From Escherichia phage Gostya9, in the sequence record NC_047979.1: DNA of 64,000 nucleotides; one strand, written 5' to 3'. Of the stretch, positions 18,868 to 27,700 are shown one piece after another. Under the pieces are notes generated by a model. It made no database searches. It was not told the origin of the DNA and saw only the letters and a list, made by a program, of their open reading frames with translations. A program made the position numbers and the translations under genes. Every line of letters begins with the position of its first letter. Position 1 is the first letter of the stretch.

Positions 18868-18883
18868 TTCTTGGCTTTTTCTT
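18853..18883 (+). terminator. Rho-independent terminator
   Basis: gccaagaa-tgcctag-ttcttggc followed by tttttc. Confidence 0.6.
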
Positions 18884-18894
18884 TATAAATGTAT

Positions 18895-18923
18895 TTGCTT
18901 TCAACTCAGTTTTGTTATATAAT
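18895..18923 (+). promoter_or_regulatory. Early promoter TTGCTT-17-TATAAT
   Basis: gtatTTGCTTtcaactcagttttgttaTATAATatttatataaatt. Confidence 0.5.
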
Positions 18924-18954
18924 ATTTATATAAATTAATGAGAGATATAAATAA

Positions 18955-19926
18955 ATGACTAATGTAAAAGAATTTATTAAACGCTGTCAAGAAGCATATT
19001 ATCAGGGCATGTCTTTAATCTCTGATGAGGAGTATGATCGCCTGGTAAAACGCTTCCCGTTAGAGGAAGAGATCGGGCCTAAGGGTGATATTCCACACCT
19101 ATATCGTATGTATTCTTTACAGAAAGTTTATTATAATCGTGGAGATAAACCCCCATTTGACCCGTTAGGTCAAGTAGAAACTGATAAGTTAGATGGTTGT
19201 GCGATTTCCCTGCTATATATTAACGGTGAATTTGTTCAAGCACTAACTCGTGGTAATGGTATTCTGGGAAATGATGTCACAAGCAACGTAAGATTGCTGA
19301 ACATCCCTAAAAAGATTTCCCAAAAAGTACCTACTCAAATCACTGGTGAAGTTCTAATTACAAAAGAAGTAGAAAATAAACGTAACTTTGCCTCTGGTGC
19401 TATTAACCTCAAAGATAGTGATGATTTCATGCAACGTATCGGGGAAGGTGGTTTAATCTTCGTTGCATACGGTATCCAGTGTTCTGCTGAATCTGTAGGT
19501 ATTACAGAAGCGTATTTAAAAGATATGCTTTGGCTAGAGAATGAGAACTTCTTAACAGTTGTTAATGTGCGTTCCTTCTTTAAATGGATTCCGACGGACG
19601 GTAAAGTTGTTCGTATTAATGACAATAACAAATTCTTCCGTGAAGGTTGGACTAATAAATTTCCTCGTGGGGCATTCGCTATTAAAGAGGATGAAGAAGG
19701 CGAGATTACAACTCTTACTAAAGTTGAATGGCAGGTAGGGGCTTCTGGTAAAGTAACTCCAGTCGGTTATTTTGAACCAGTAATTATTGATGATGCTACA
19801 ATTGTTAAAGCGACTCTTAATAATGTTGATTATATTAACTCTCTCGATCTAGAGATCGGTTGCCAGATTCGAGTGATTCGTGCTGGTGGTGTAATCCCGT
19901 GCATAGTAGAGCGAGTTTATGATTAA
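18955..19926 (+). CDS. NAD-dependent DNA ligase, adenylation-domain subunit (LigA-like N-terminal half)
   Basis: Adenylation-site KxDG motif (ETDKLDGCAISL); ends after the OB-like region, with the remaining ligase domains in the next ORF. Confidence 0.75.
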   Translation: MTNVKEFIKRCQEAYYQGMSLISDEEYDRLVKRFPLEEEIGPKGDIPHLYRMYSLQKVYYNRGDKPPFDPLGQVETDKLDGCAISLLYINGEFVQALTRGNGILGNDVTSNVRLLNIPKKISQKVPTQITGEVLITKEVENKRNFASGAINLKDSDDFMQRIGEGGLIFVAYGIQCSAESVGITEAYLKDMLWLENENFLTVVNVRSFFKWIPTDGKVVRINDNNKFFREGWTNKFPRGAFAIKEDEEGEITTLTKVEWQVGASGKVTPVGYFEPVIIDDATIVKATLNNVDYINSLDLEIGCQIRVIRAGGVIPCIVERVYD

Positions 19927-19976
19927 TACATAACCCTTTGCTACCCCTCTACCATATCGGAATTATAAAGTGGTTA

Positions 19977-20005
19977 TTGACATTTTCGCCGCTTAGGTAT
20001 ATACT
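19977..20005 (+). promoter_or_regulatory. Promoter TTGACA-17-TATACT inside the ligase split
   Basis: TTGACAttttcgccgcttaggtaTATACT. Confidence 0.4.
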
Positions 20006-20069
20006 ATTATCATTCAGTTGAGGGATAGAAAGTTATGGCGAGGGTAAGCAAAGTTAGTTAAAATTGTAG

Positions 20070-20098
20070 TTGCTAAATGCTTAAATACTTGCTATAAT
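20070..20098 (+). promoter_or_regulatory. Early promoter TTGCTA-17-TATAAT inside the ligase split
   Basis: aaaattgtagTTGCTAaatgcttaaatacttgcTATAATatttatataaattgataaggaag. Confidence 0.5.
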
Positions 20099-20125
20099 AT
20101 TTATATAAATTGATAAGGAAGAAAT

Positions 20126-20908
20126 TTGATGAAAATCGAAATTCCAACACAATGTCCCTCTTGTGGTTCTAAGCTAGATCTTGTCAACGGACAATTATTC
20201 TGTCGTAATAAGTCCAACTGTCCAGCGCAATCAAGTAAGTTAATTGAGAACTTCTGTACAAAAATGAAGTTAAAGGGCTTTGGCCCGAAAACTATTGAGA
20301 AGCTGGAGCTGACGAAGATTTCAGAACTATTTTACCTAACCGAAGAAGATTTGGTTAGAGCCGTGGGTAGCAAGGTTGCCGCTAAGTTAATTAGCGAATT
20401 AAATACTAAAGTTCGCGGAGACATTGACTTTGGTTCAGTTCTCGGTTCTTTAGGAATCCCTCTAATTGGAGAGGTTGCAGCAAAGAAATTATCCCAAAAT
20501 TGCACTAGCTTCCACGATGTGAAGGCTGACGGCAGGGCTGGAGAAAACTATAAAGCCTGGCTAAATTCCCCACAAGGCAAGGATGTTATCGAATTACCGT
20601 GGAAATTCACAACCGGTATTAAAGGTGCTAAAGCTGAGGTCAGCATTACTGATGGTCTAGTAGCCCAACCAAATGGAATCACGGTGTGTATTACCGGATC
20701 TTTGCAAGATTTTGCAAATAGAACGGATGCAACAAACTATCTAGAAGGTCTAGGGTATACTGTTAAAAAATCAGTTACCAAAGACGTTAAATACCTCATC
20801 TGTGAGGATGAATCTAAGCGTTCTTCCTCATCTTATAAGAAAGCCGAAACGAATGGGATAGAAATCCTGTCGATTAAAGAACTATTGGAGAAAAATAATA
20901 ATGTCTAA
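20126..20908 (+). CDS. NAD-dependent DNA ligase, Zn-finger/HhH/BRCT subunit (LigA-like C-terminal half)
   Basis: Zn finger CPSCGSKLDLVNGQLFCRNKSNC, HhH-like segments, C-terminal BRCT-like region; own aaggaag RBS. Confidence 0.7.
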   Translation: MMKIEIPTQCPSCGSKLDLVNGQLFCRNKSNCPAQSSKLIENFCTKMKLKGFGPKTIEKLELTKISELFYLTEEDLVRAVGSKVAAKLISELNTKVRGDIDFGSVLGSLGIPLIGEVAAKKLSQNCTSFHDVKADGRAGENYKAWLNSPQGKDVIELPWKFTTGIKGAKAEVSITDGLVAQPNGITVCITGSLQDFANRTDATNYLEGLGYTVKKSVTKDVKYLICEDESKRSSSSYKKAETNGIEILSIKELLEKNNNV

Positions 20909-21668
20909 ACTGAACTGGAACGTAGAAGGTGTAACCGAGTCTCTGAAAGCAAAAGCCACTGCTCTGGGTGTTGCTGTAATCTCTCAAGAACAAGTAGCTG
21001 CTATCGCTGCTGAACTGGCTGCTGAAACTGGCAAAGACGTTACCGCTCGCTCTGTTGGCTCTAAGCTGCGTAAAGAAGGTTTCGAAGTACAGAAAGCTAA
21101 CGAAGTACAGAAATCCCCGTGGACTCCTGAGCAGGAAGCTGAACTGGTTGATTTCCTGAACTCTCATGCTGGTCAGTATACTTATGCTGAAATCGCTGCT
21201 GCTGTAGCTGGTGGTCAATTTGGTGCTAAGCAGGTACAGGGTAAGATCCTGAGTCTGGAAATGACCGCTTCTGTTAAACCAACTGAAAAAGCTGCTGCTG
21301 TTCGTTCCTTCACTCCTGATGAAGAAACTGATTTTGTTAATCAGGTTGTTGCTGGTGCTACTATTGAAGCTATTGCTGCTCACTTCGGTCGTAATATCAA
21401 GCAGATCCGTGGTAAAGCTCTGAGTCTGCTTCGTGAAGGTCGTATCGCTGCTATGCCGGTACAGGAAACTTCAAGTGCTAAAACTCGTGAAGATCTGCTA
21501 GAAGGTCTGGATCTGGCTAACATGACTGTTGCTGAGATCGCTGAGAAAACTGGTAAGTCTGAGCGCGGTGTTAAATCTATGCTGTCTCGTCGTGGTCTGG
21601 TTGCTAAGGACTATGATGGTGCCGCTAAGCGTGCTAAACTGGATGCAAAAGCTGCGGCTGCTGAATAA
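20901..21668 (+). CDS. Hypothetical protein with four tandem about 45-aa HTH-like repeats, optimal-codon rich
   Basis: Repeats of T.(A/E)EIA....G.....(V/I).(G/S)K.LSL...G; E. coli-optimal codons (ctg, cgt, gct, ggt); followed by a strong terminator. Confidence 0.6.
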   Translation: MSKLNWNVEGVTESLKAKATALGVAVISQEQVAAIAAELAAETGKDVTARSVGSKLRKEGFEVQKANEVQKSPWTPEQEAELVDFLNSHAGQYTYAEIAAAVAGGQFGAKQVQGKILSLEMTASVKPTEKAAAVRSFTPDEETDFVNQVVAGATIEAIAAHFGRNIKQIRGKALSLLREGRIAAMPVQETSSAKTREDLLEGLDLANMTVAEIAEKTGKSERGVKSMLSRRGLVAKDYDGAAKRAKLDAKAAAAE

Positions 21669-21685
21669 TCTGGTAAATTAAACCT

Positions 21686-21717
21686 AAGGGGTGGGGGCTA
21701 TGCCTCTACCCCTTTTT
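21686..21717 (+). terminator. Rho-independent terminator
   Basis: aaggggtgg / ctacccctt stem followed by ttttt. Confidence 0.55.
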
Positions 21718-21750
21718 GCATTTAGAAGGCACGAAAGCGTGCAAAGGAGA

Positions 21751-23223
21751 ATGACCTTGTTTAACGTGCAAGCTGTAGTGTTGAAGATGCTTCTAGCTTC
21801 CGAACAGAAGCAAATAGCATTGGAAACATTCTCAAAACTGCATAAAGATCATTTTAATGACGCTTTCTCCTCAATTTACCAAGCCGTCCAGAATTATTAT
21901 AAAAAATATAACACAATGCCGTCCATTGACGCACTGATGCTTGAGGCTAATAGGAACGCCCGCCTTTCTCAAGCTCTAGTCGTTTTAGCTAACACTCAAA
22001 TTCCAGAAGTTAGCATGGAACAGGCACTTGAAGTCCTAGAGGCCGAGTATACACAGGATTTATTCCTGAAGCTTCTAGAAACAGACGTGCTTCAAGATTT
22101 AACAATGCTGGATCAGGGAGAAATTCTTAACCGAGTTGCCTCCCTTCACTTAAAATTAGAAGAGAAAGTAACGAATACTGGAAAAGTATTCAACGCAGAT
22201 AACATGCGTATTTTCCAGAGAGAAGAAGATACCAAACTGAACTTAATCGCTCTTGGTATTTGTAATGAGTTCGACGCTCAAATTGGTTTAGCTCGCACAG
22301 AAACGTTACTGCTTGGTGGTTGGCGTGGTACTGGTAAATCCATTATCTGTTCAAACATACAGGTTCAGCAATATTTGAATGGAGATATTGCTCCATACTT
22401 CTCAATTGAGATGAAAGAACATGAAGTATTTAGACGTAATCTAGCTATGTTAGCTGGTGTATCAGCACTAGCAATGCGTAATAATACTCTAGAAGGTGCA
22501 GCTCTGTTGAGATTAGCCAGAACTAGAGCTAGGATGTTTAACGGTGGTGAAGAGCTTTTCGATAACTTCGTTAAACAGTACACAATGGCTAAGATGAGTG
22601 ATTTCTACGATATGGAAAGTAAGCTAATAGAAGGATATGAGCTACATACTCCTATGATTATTGTTTATGATCCTGAGCTGTCTATTACAACAGTTGACGT
22701 AGAATTAAATAAATTAGTTGCTAGATATGGGGATAAAGTTACAGTAGCTTTACTAGACTATATTAACCAAACCCGACTTCCAGACTCTAAAACCATTGAT
22801 ATGTATGACTGGAAAGAACAGATGGTTGTTAGCTCGTCTTTCAAATCTATCTGCCAGAAACATAACGTGGCTGGTGTAGCTCCTTACCAGATCGATCAAG
22901 ATGGTAGAACACGTATGTCGAAGGGGATTCTTGATTCCGCAGACATGGCTGCTAATCTTAATGCTGCAAAAGCTGATAATGGTCAAGGTGCTATTATGTT
23001 TGACTTCGTTAAGACTCGGTCTTCTGATAGCGTGAAGTTTATGCCTAAAATGAACTGGGAAACCCTGCGGATGGATAACACTACCAACCTAGCAATGGAA
23101 GATATATCTCAAATGGAAGCTGAGTTCGTTATCCCTATTGAGAAGGATAAGCCGACTCAATCTAAACGTGCTAAGAAAGACAAAGCTGAAAATTCAACAG
23201 GTGAACAGGCCAGCGATATATGA
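21751..23223 (+). CDS. DnaB-like replicative helicase
   Basis: RecA-like core with Walker A GGWRGTGKS. Start moved to ATG 21751 (aaaggaga RBS) because the track start lies inside the upstream terminator; start uncertain. Confidence 0.6.
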   Translation: MTLFNVQAVVLKMLLASEQKQIALETFSKLHKDHFNDAFSSIYQAVQNYYKKYNTMPSIDALMLEANRNARLSQALVVLANTQIPEVSMEQALEVLEAEYTQDLFLKLLETDVLQDLTMLDQGEILNRVASLHLKLEEKVTNTGKVFNADNMRIFQREEDTKLNLIALGICNEFDAQIGLARTETLLLGGWRGTGKSIICSNIQVQQYLNGDIAPYFSIEMKEHEVFRRNLAMLAGVSALAMRNNTLEGAALLRLARTRARMFNGGEELFDNFVKQYTMAKMSDFYDMESKLIEGYELHTPMIIVYDPELSITTVDVELNKLVARYGDKVTVALLDYINQTRLPDSKTIDMYDWKEQMVVSSSFKSICQKHNVAGVAPYQIDQDGRTRMSKGILDSADMAANLNAAKADNGQGAIMFDFVKTRSSDSVKFMPKMNWETLRMDNTTNLAMEDISQMEAEFVIPIEKDKPTQSKRAKKDKAENSTGEQASDI

Positions 23224-23753
23224 TAACACAGGAAAGGCTAAAAGAGTTATTTGATTACTCCCCAGTTTCTGGGGAGTTTACTAGAAAAGTATCTAGAGGT
23301 AATCAGAAAGCTGGTAGTATAATAACCAGAAAAGACTCTAACGGTTATATAATTATTGGTATAGATGGCAAGGATTACAAAGCCCATCGGATGGCTTTTC
23401 TATTTATGGAAAATACATTGCCGGAAAAAGTAGACCATGTAAACAGAATACCTTTTGATAATAGGTGGTGTAATCTAAGAGACGCCACAGCTCAGGAAAA
23501 TAGTAGAAATAAAACCGCATGTAGTAAGTCTGGATATTTGGGAGTTGCTTGGGATATCGAAAAACAAAGATGGAGAGTTCAAGTAAGAGACTCTAATAGC
23601 ACTCTTAAAAATGGTGGCAGATTTAAGTATGAAGAGCTAGAGCTAGCTGTAAATTCAGCAAATATATTAAGGACTAAGTTACATGGAGAACGTGCTGTTA
23701 TAGAAATTTTTGATACATCTAATTATCCTTCACTGGAGGAGTTAAATTCATGA
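23220..23753 (+). CDS. HNH homing endonuclease with AP2-like DNA-binding domain
   Basis: HNH core VDHVNRIPFDNRWCNLR...ENSRN and AP2-like YLGVAWDIEKQRWRVQV; ATGA start/stop overlap with the helicase. Confidence 0.7.
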   Translation: MITQERLKELFDYSPVSGEFTRKVSRGNQKAGSIITRKDSNGYIIIGIDGKDYKAHRMAFLFMENTLPEKVDHVNRIPFDNRWCNLRDATAQENSRNKTACSKSGYLGVAWDIEKQRWRVQVRDSNSTLKNGGRFKYEELELAVNSANILRTKLHGERAVIEIFDTSNYPSLEELNS

Positions 23754-24640
23754 GTCGAATAACAGAATTACTTGATCTTAAGGGAATTGAGTATAAAGAT
23801 ACTGGTGGAGATATTTTAATCTGTTGTCTAAATCCAGATCATGATGATAAACACCCAAGTTTGCGTATTGACCCTGAAACAGGTATTATGCACTGCTTGA
23901 GTTGTGGCTTCGGTAAAGGTATACCGAGCATTTACCATTATTTTAATGAGACTCAGTACCGACAGTCCCCAAGACTATCCCAAGTACGTAAAAAGATTTC
24001 AGAGATTAGAAATGGATCTACAAATCTTGCAATCCCAGAATCTGCTTTTCTTTTTGAAGGTGATTTCCGAGGTATCAGTTCTAAGACCTTAAAGAAATAT
24101 TTTGCTTTCCAACACCAAGAGGACTGGGAGGGCAGAATTGTATTCCCAATCACAGATGCTGTTGGACGCAATATCCTATTTTTGGGTCGTTCTATAAACA
24201 GTTCTGCCCCTCCTAAATACTTAGTAAAACCAAAACAAGTTTCACCACCAATTTTCCCTGTACGATATAATACTCCAGTTCTTATTCTAGTTGAAGGCAT
24301 CTTTGATATGCTGAAGCTAGAGGATAATGGTATAGACTATGCTTCCTGCTGTTTTGGTACACATCAGTTTACTTCCGATAACATTGCAGATAAGTTCAGT
24401 CCTTATATTATTGCCGGTGTAAAAGTTGTTGTTATCTTACTAGATAATGATGCTTCTGGTAATAAAGCTGCCCAGTCTCTAGCGAAGTTAATTCGTACAA
24501 AAACGCGTTTAACACCTGTAGTTGCTAACTTTCTTCTGCCTGAAGGTAAAGACCCTGGTGACTTAAATAAAGAAGAAGTCGATACGTTAGCAAAACGTAT
24601 TGAAATTTTAGTTGCTGAATCGCTTAAAGATTTGGTATAA
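23750..24640 (+). CDS. DNA primase (DnaG-like, Zn finger plus Toprim)
   Basis: CHC2 zinc finger CLNPDHDDKHPSLRIDPETGIMHCLSCG; Toprim acidic motifs (VEGIFDML, LLDNDASG). Confidence 0.8.
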   Translation: MSRITELLDLKGIEYKDTGGDILICCLNPDHDDKHPSLRIDPETGIMHCLSCGFGKGIPSIYHYFNETQYRQSPRLSQVRKKISEIRNGSTNLAIPESAFLFEGDFRGISSKTLKKYFAFQHQEDWEGRIVFPITDAVGRNILFLGRSINSSAPPKYLVKPKQVSPPIFPVRYNTPVLILVEGIFDMLKLEDNGIDYASCCFGTHQFTSDNIADKFSPYIIAGVKVVVILLDNDASGNKAAQSLAKLIRTKTRLTPVVANFLLPEGKDPGDLNKEEVDTLAKRIEILVAESLKDLV

Positions 24641-24641
24641 T
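24612..24641 (+). promoter_or_regulatory. Early promoter TTGCTG-18-TATAAT inside the 3' end of the primase gene
   Basis: aaattttagTTGCTGaatcgcttaaagatttggTATAATatattgg. Confidence 0.45.
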
Positions 24642-24702
24642 ATATTGGTAAGTTAGAGAAGAAACACTGAAGTTATACTTACTTACCAAGAGGAGATTAA
24701 AT

Positions 24703-27700
24703 TTGAAAATTGCAGTAGTTGATAAAGCTCTAAACAACACTCGTTATGATAAACATTTCCAGCTATACGGCGAGGAAGTTGATGTATTCCATATGTGTAA
24801 CGAGAAGTTATCCGGTCGTTTGCTCAAAAAGCATATTACTATCGGGACCCCGGAAAACCCATTTGACCCGAATGATTATGATTTTGTTATACTGGTAGGT
24901 GCCGAACCTTTCCTGTACTTTGCGGGTAAGAAAGGTATTGGTGATTATACTGGTAAACGTGTAGAGTATAATGGATATGCTAACTGGATTGCTAGTATCA
25001 GCCCAGCCCAGTTACACTTTAAACCTGAAATGAAACCAGTTTTTGATGCAACAGTAGAGAGTATCCACGATATTATCAATGGTCGTGAGAAGATTGCAAA
25101 AGCTGGTGATTACCGTCCTATTACTGACCCTGATGAGGCAGAAGAATATATCAAGATGGTGTATAATATGGTTATCGGACCTGTCGCATTCGACTCCGAA
25201 ACCTCAGCACTATACTGTCGAGATGGTTATCTGCTTGGTGTTTCTATTTCTCACCAAGAGTATCAGGGTGTATATATCGATTCTGATTGTCTCACAGAGG
25301 TTGCAGTATATTATCTCCAGAAAATTCTGGATAGTGAAAACCACATTATTGTTTTTCACAACTTGAAGTTTGATATGCACTTTTATAAGTACCATCTGGG
25401 ACTTACTTTTGATAAAGCACATAAAGAACGCAGGCTCCATGATACCATGTTGCAGCACTATGTTCTAGATGAACGTCGTGGTACTCATGGCTTGAAATCT
25501 CTAGCAATGAAGTATACCGATATGGGTGACTATGACTTCGAACTAGATAAGTTCAAAGATGATTACTGCAAAGCACATAAAATCAAGAAAGAAGATTTCA
25601 CCTATGATCTGATTCCGTTTGATATTATGTGGCCATATGCATGTCTTACTCACGATTCCCAAGTTCGGATGGCTTCAGGGAATTGGAAGACTATTGGGGA
25701 ACTTGTTCGCACCAAATCTACAGAAGCTGTAGTATCATTCAACGAGTCAACTGGGCAATTTGAGAACAAACCGATTACTGGATGGTATAAAAATGAACAT
25801 AAATCCAAGCAATGGAAGAAGTTAATAGTTAAATCTCAGCAAAGAAACTCTAAGGGTACTATTAATGGGCCAGTATTTACACCAGATCATAGGGTATTAA
25901 CTCAGAATGGATACATAGAAGTCCAAGATATTATTCCAGGACAGGATAAAATCCTAACTGAAGAACTTGCTTTACCATCTGATAGTAAGCAAGTATTAAT
26001 GGCATCCCTATTTGGGGATGGTGCTCTGGTATCTAGAAATAATTGGGGCGCGGGTCTACAACTGACACAGTCAGAAGCGCATAAAGAGTATCTAGATTTT
26101 AAGGCAGCCTCTCAAGTAGAAACACCAACTCTTAGTTCCTCTACAAAAGGAGATAAAAAAGCATATACGTATAGTTTCCCCTATACCTCGGAGTATTCTG
26201 ACTTATTCTCTACCTTAGAGGTACGAGATAATACTACAAAATATAAGTTAAAAATTACTAAGAAAAATCTAGAAGGGTTAGATGAAAAAGCACTAGCTAT
26301 TTGGTATCAAGATGATGGTAACCTGCCACAAGGAAACGCACGCATTTGGTCTAGAACAGTTGCTGATTGTAAAGAAGAGCAGCAAAATTTCATAGAATGG
26401 TGTAAAAATCTAGGCATTACAGCACGCTACCATAACGATGGAGAAAATAACCAGTTCTTTGTATTAGATAATGAAGAACTATTCCCTTTGATTGCTCCAT
26501 ATATGCATAGCTCTATGGCTTACAAGGTGCCAGAAAGATTCAAGCACTTAGTAGGAACAGGAACTTGGGATTTTTCAACATCTAAGTACTACTATGCAGA
26601 AGTGTATGGGGTTGAGGATTGGGTAGTTCCAGCCTCTAGAAGAGGTTACTCTACCAGTTGGTGTATAGATGTAAAAGATAACCATAACTTTGTAACTAAA
26701 GTTGGTGTAGTTCACAACTGTAAAGATACAGATGCTACCATACGTTTGCACAACTTCTTCTTACCAAAAATTGAGAAGAATGAAAAACTTTGCAGTCTAT
26801 ATTACGATGTTCTAATGCCTGGTTGTGTATTCCTACAGCGTGTCGAAGATCGTGGTGTACCTATCTCTATTGATCGTTTGAAAGAAGCTCAGTATCAATT
26901 GACTCATAATTTGAATAAAGCCCGTGAGAAACTGTATACTTATCCAGAAGTTAAACAGCTAGAACAAGATCAGAATGAAGCATTTAACCCGAACTCTGTT
27001 AAGCAGCTGCGTGTTCTTCTGTTCGATTATGTTGGTTTGACTCCAACTGGTAAGTTAACGGATACTGGTGCAGATTCTACGGATGCAGAAGCTCTGAATG
27101 AACTGGCTACGCAGCATCCAATTGCTAAAACTCTACTAGAGATTCGTAAGCTGACTAAGCTGATCTCTACTTATGTTGAGAAGATTCTTCTGAGTATTGA
27201 TGCAGATGGTTGCATTCGTACTGGTTTCCATGAACATATGACTACTTCTGGTCGTCTGAGTTCTTCTGGTAAACTGAACCTGCAACAGCTACCTCGTGAT
27301 GAATCTATCATTAAGGGTTGTGTAGTTGCACCACCTGGATACCGTGTAATCGCATGGGACTTAACAACTGCGGAAGTTTATTATGCTGCTGTTCTATCTG
27401 GTGATAGAAATATGCAACAAGTATTTATCAACATGAGAAATGAACCCGATAAATACCCTGACTTCCACTCTAACATCGCCCACATGGTATTTAAATTGCA
27501 ATGTGAACCTCGTGATGTTAAAAAGTTATTCCCAGCTCTGCGTCAAGCAGCTAAGGCAATTACCTTTGGTATTTTGTACGGTTCTGGCCCGGCTAAAGTA
27601 GCACATTCTGTTAACGAAGCATTGCTAGAACAAGCAGCCAAAACTGGGGAACCATTTGTTGAATGTACTGTTGCAGATGCTAAAGAGTACATTGAGACTT

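Noticed and set aside
19927-20125. Group I intron splitting the ligase gene
   Set aside because: The spacer is only about 200 bp, contains promoter-like hexamers, and the downstream ORF has its own RBS and ATG; no intron core elements recognised. Kept as a finding to test, not called as a feature.
20874-21383. 169-aa minus-strand ORF opposite the four-repeat protein gene
   Set aside because: Antisense to a strongly codon-biased gene; Ser/Phe-rich chance ORF.
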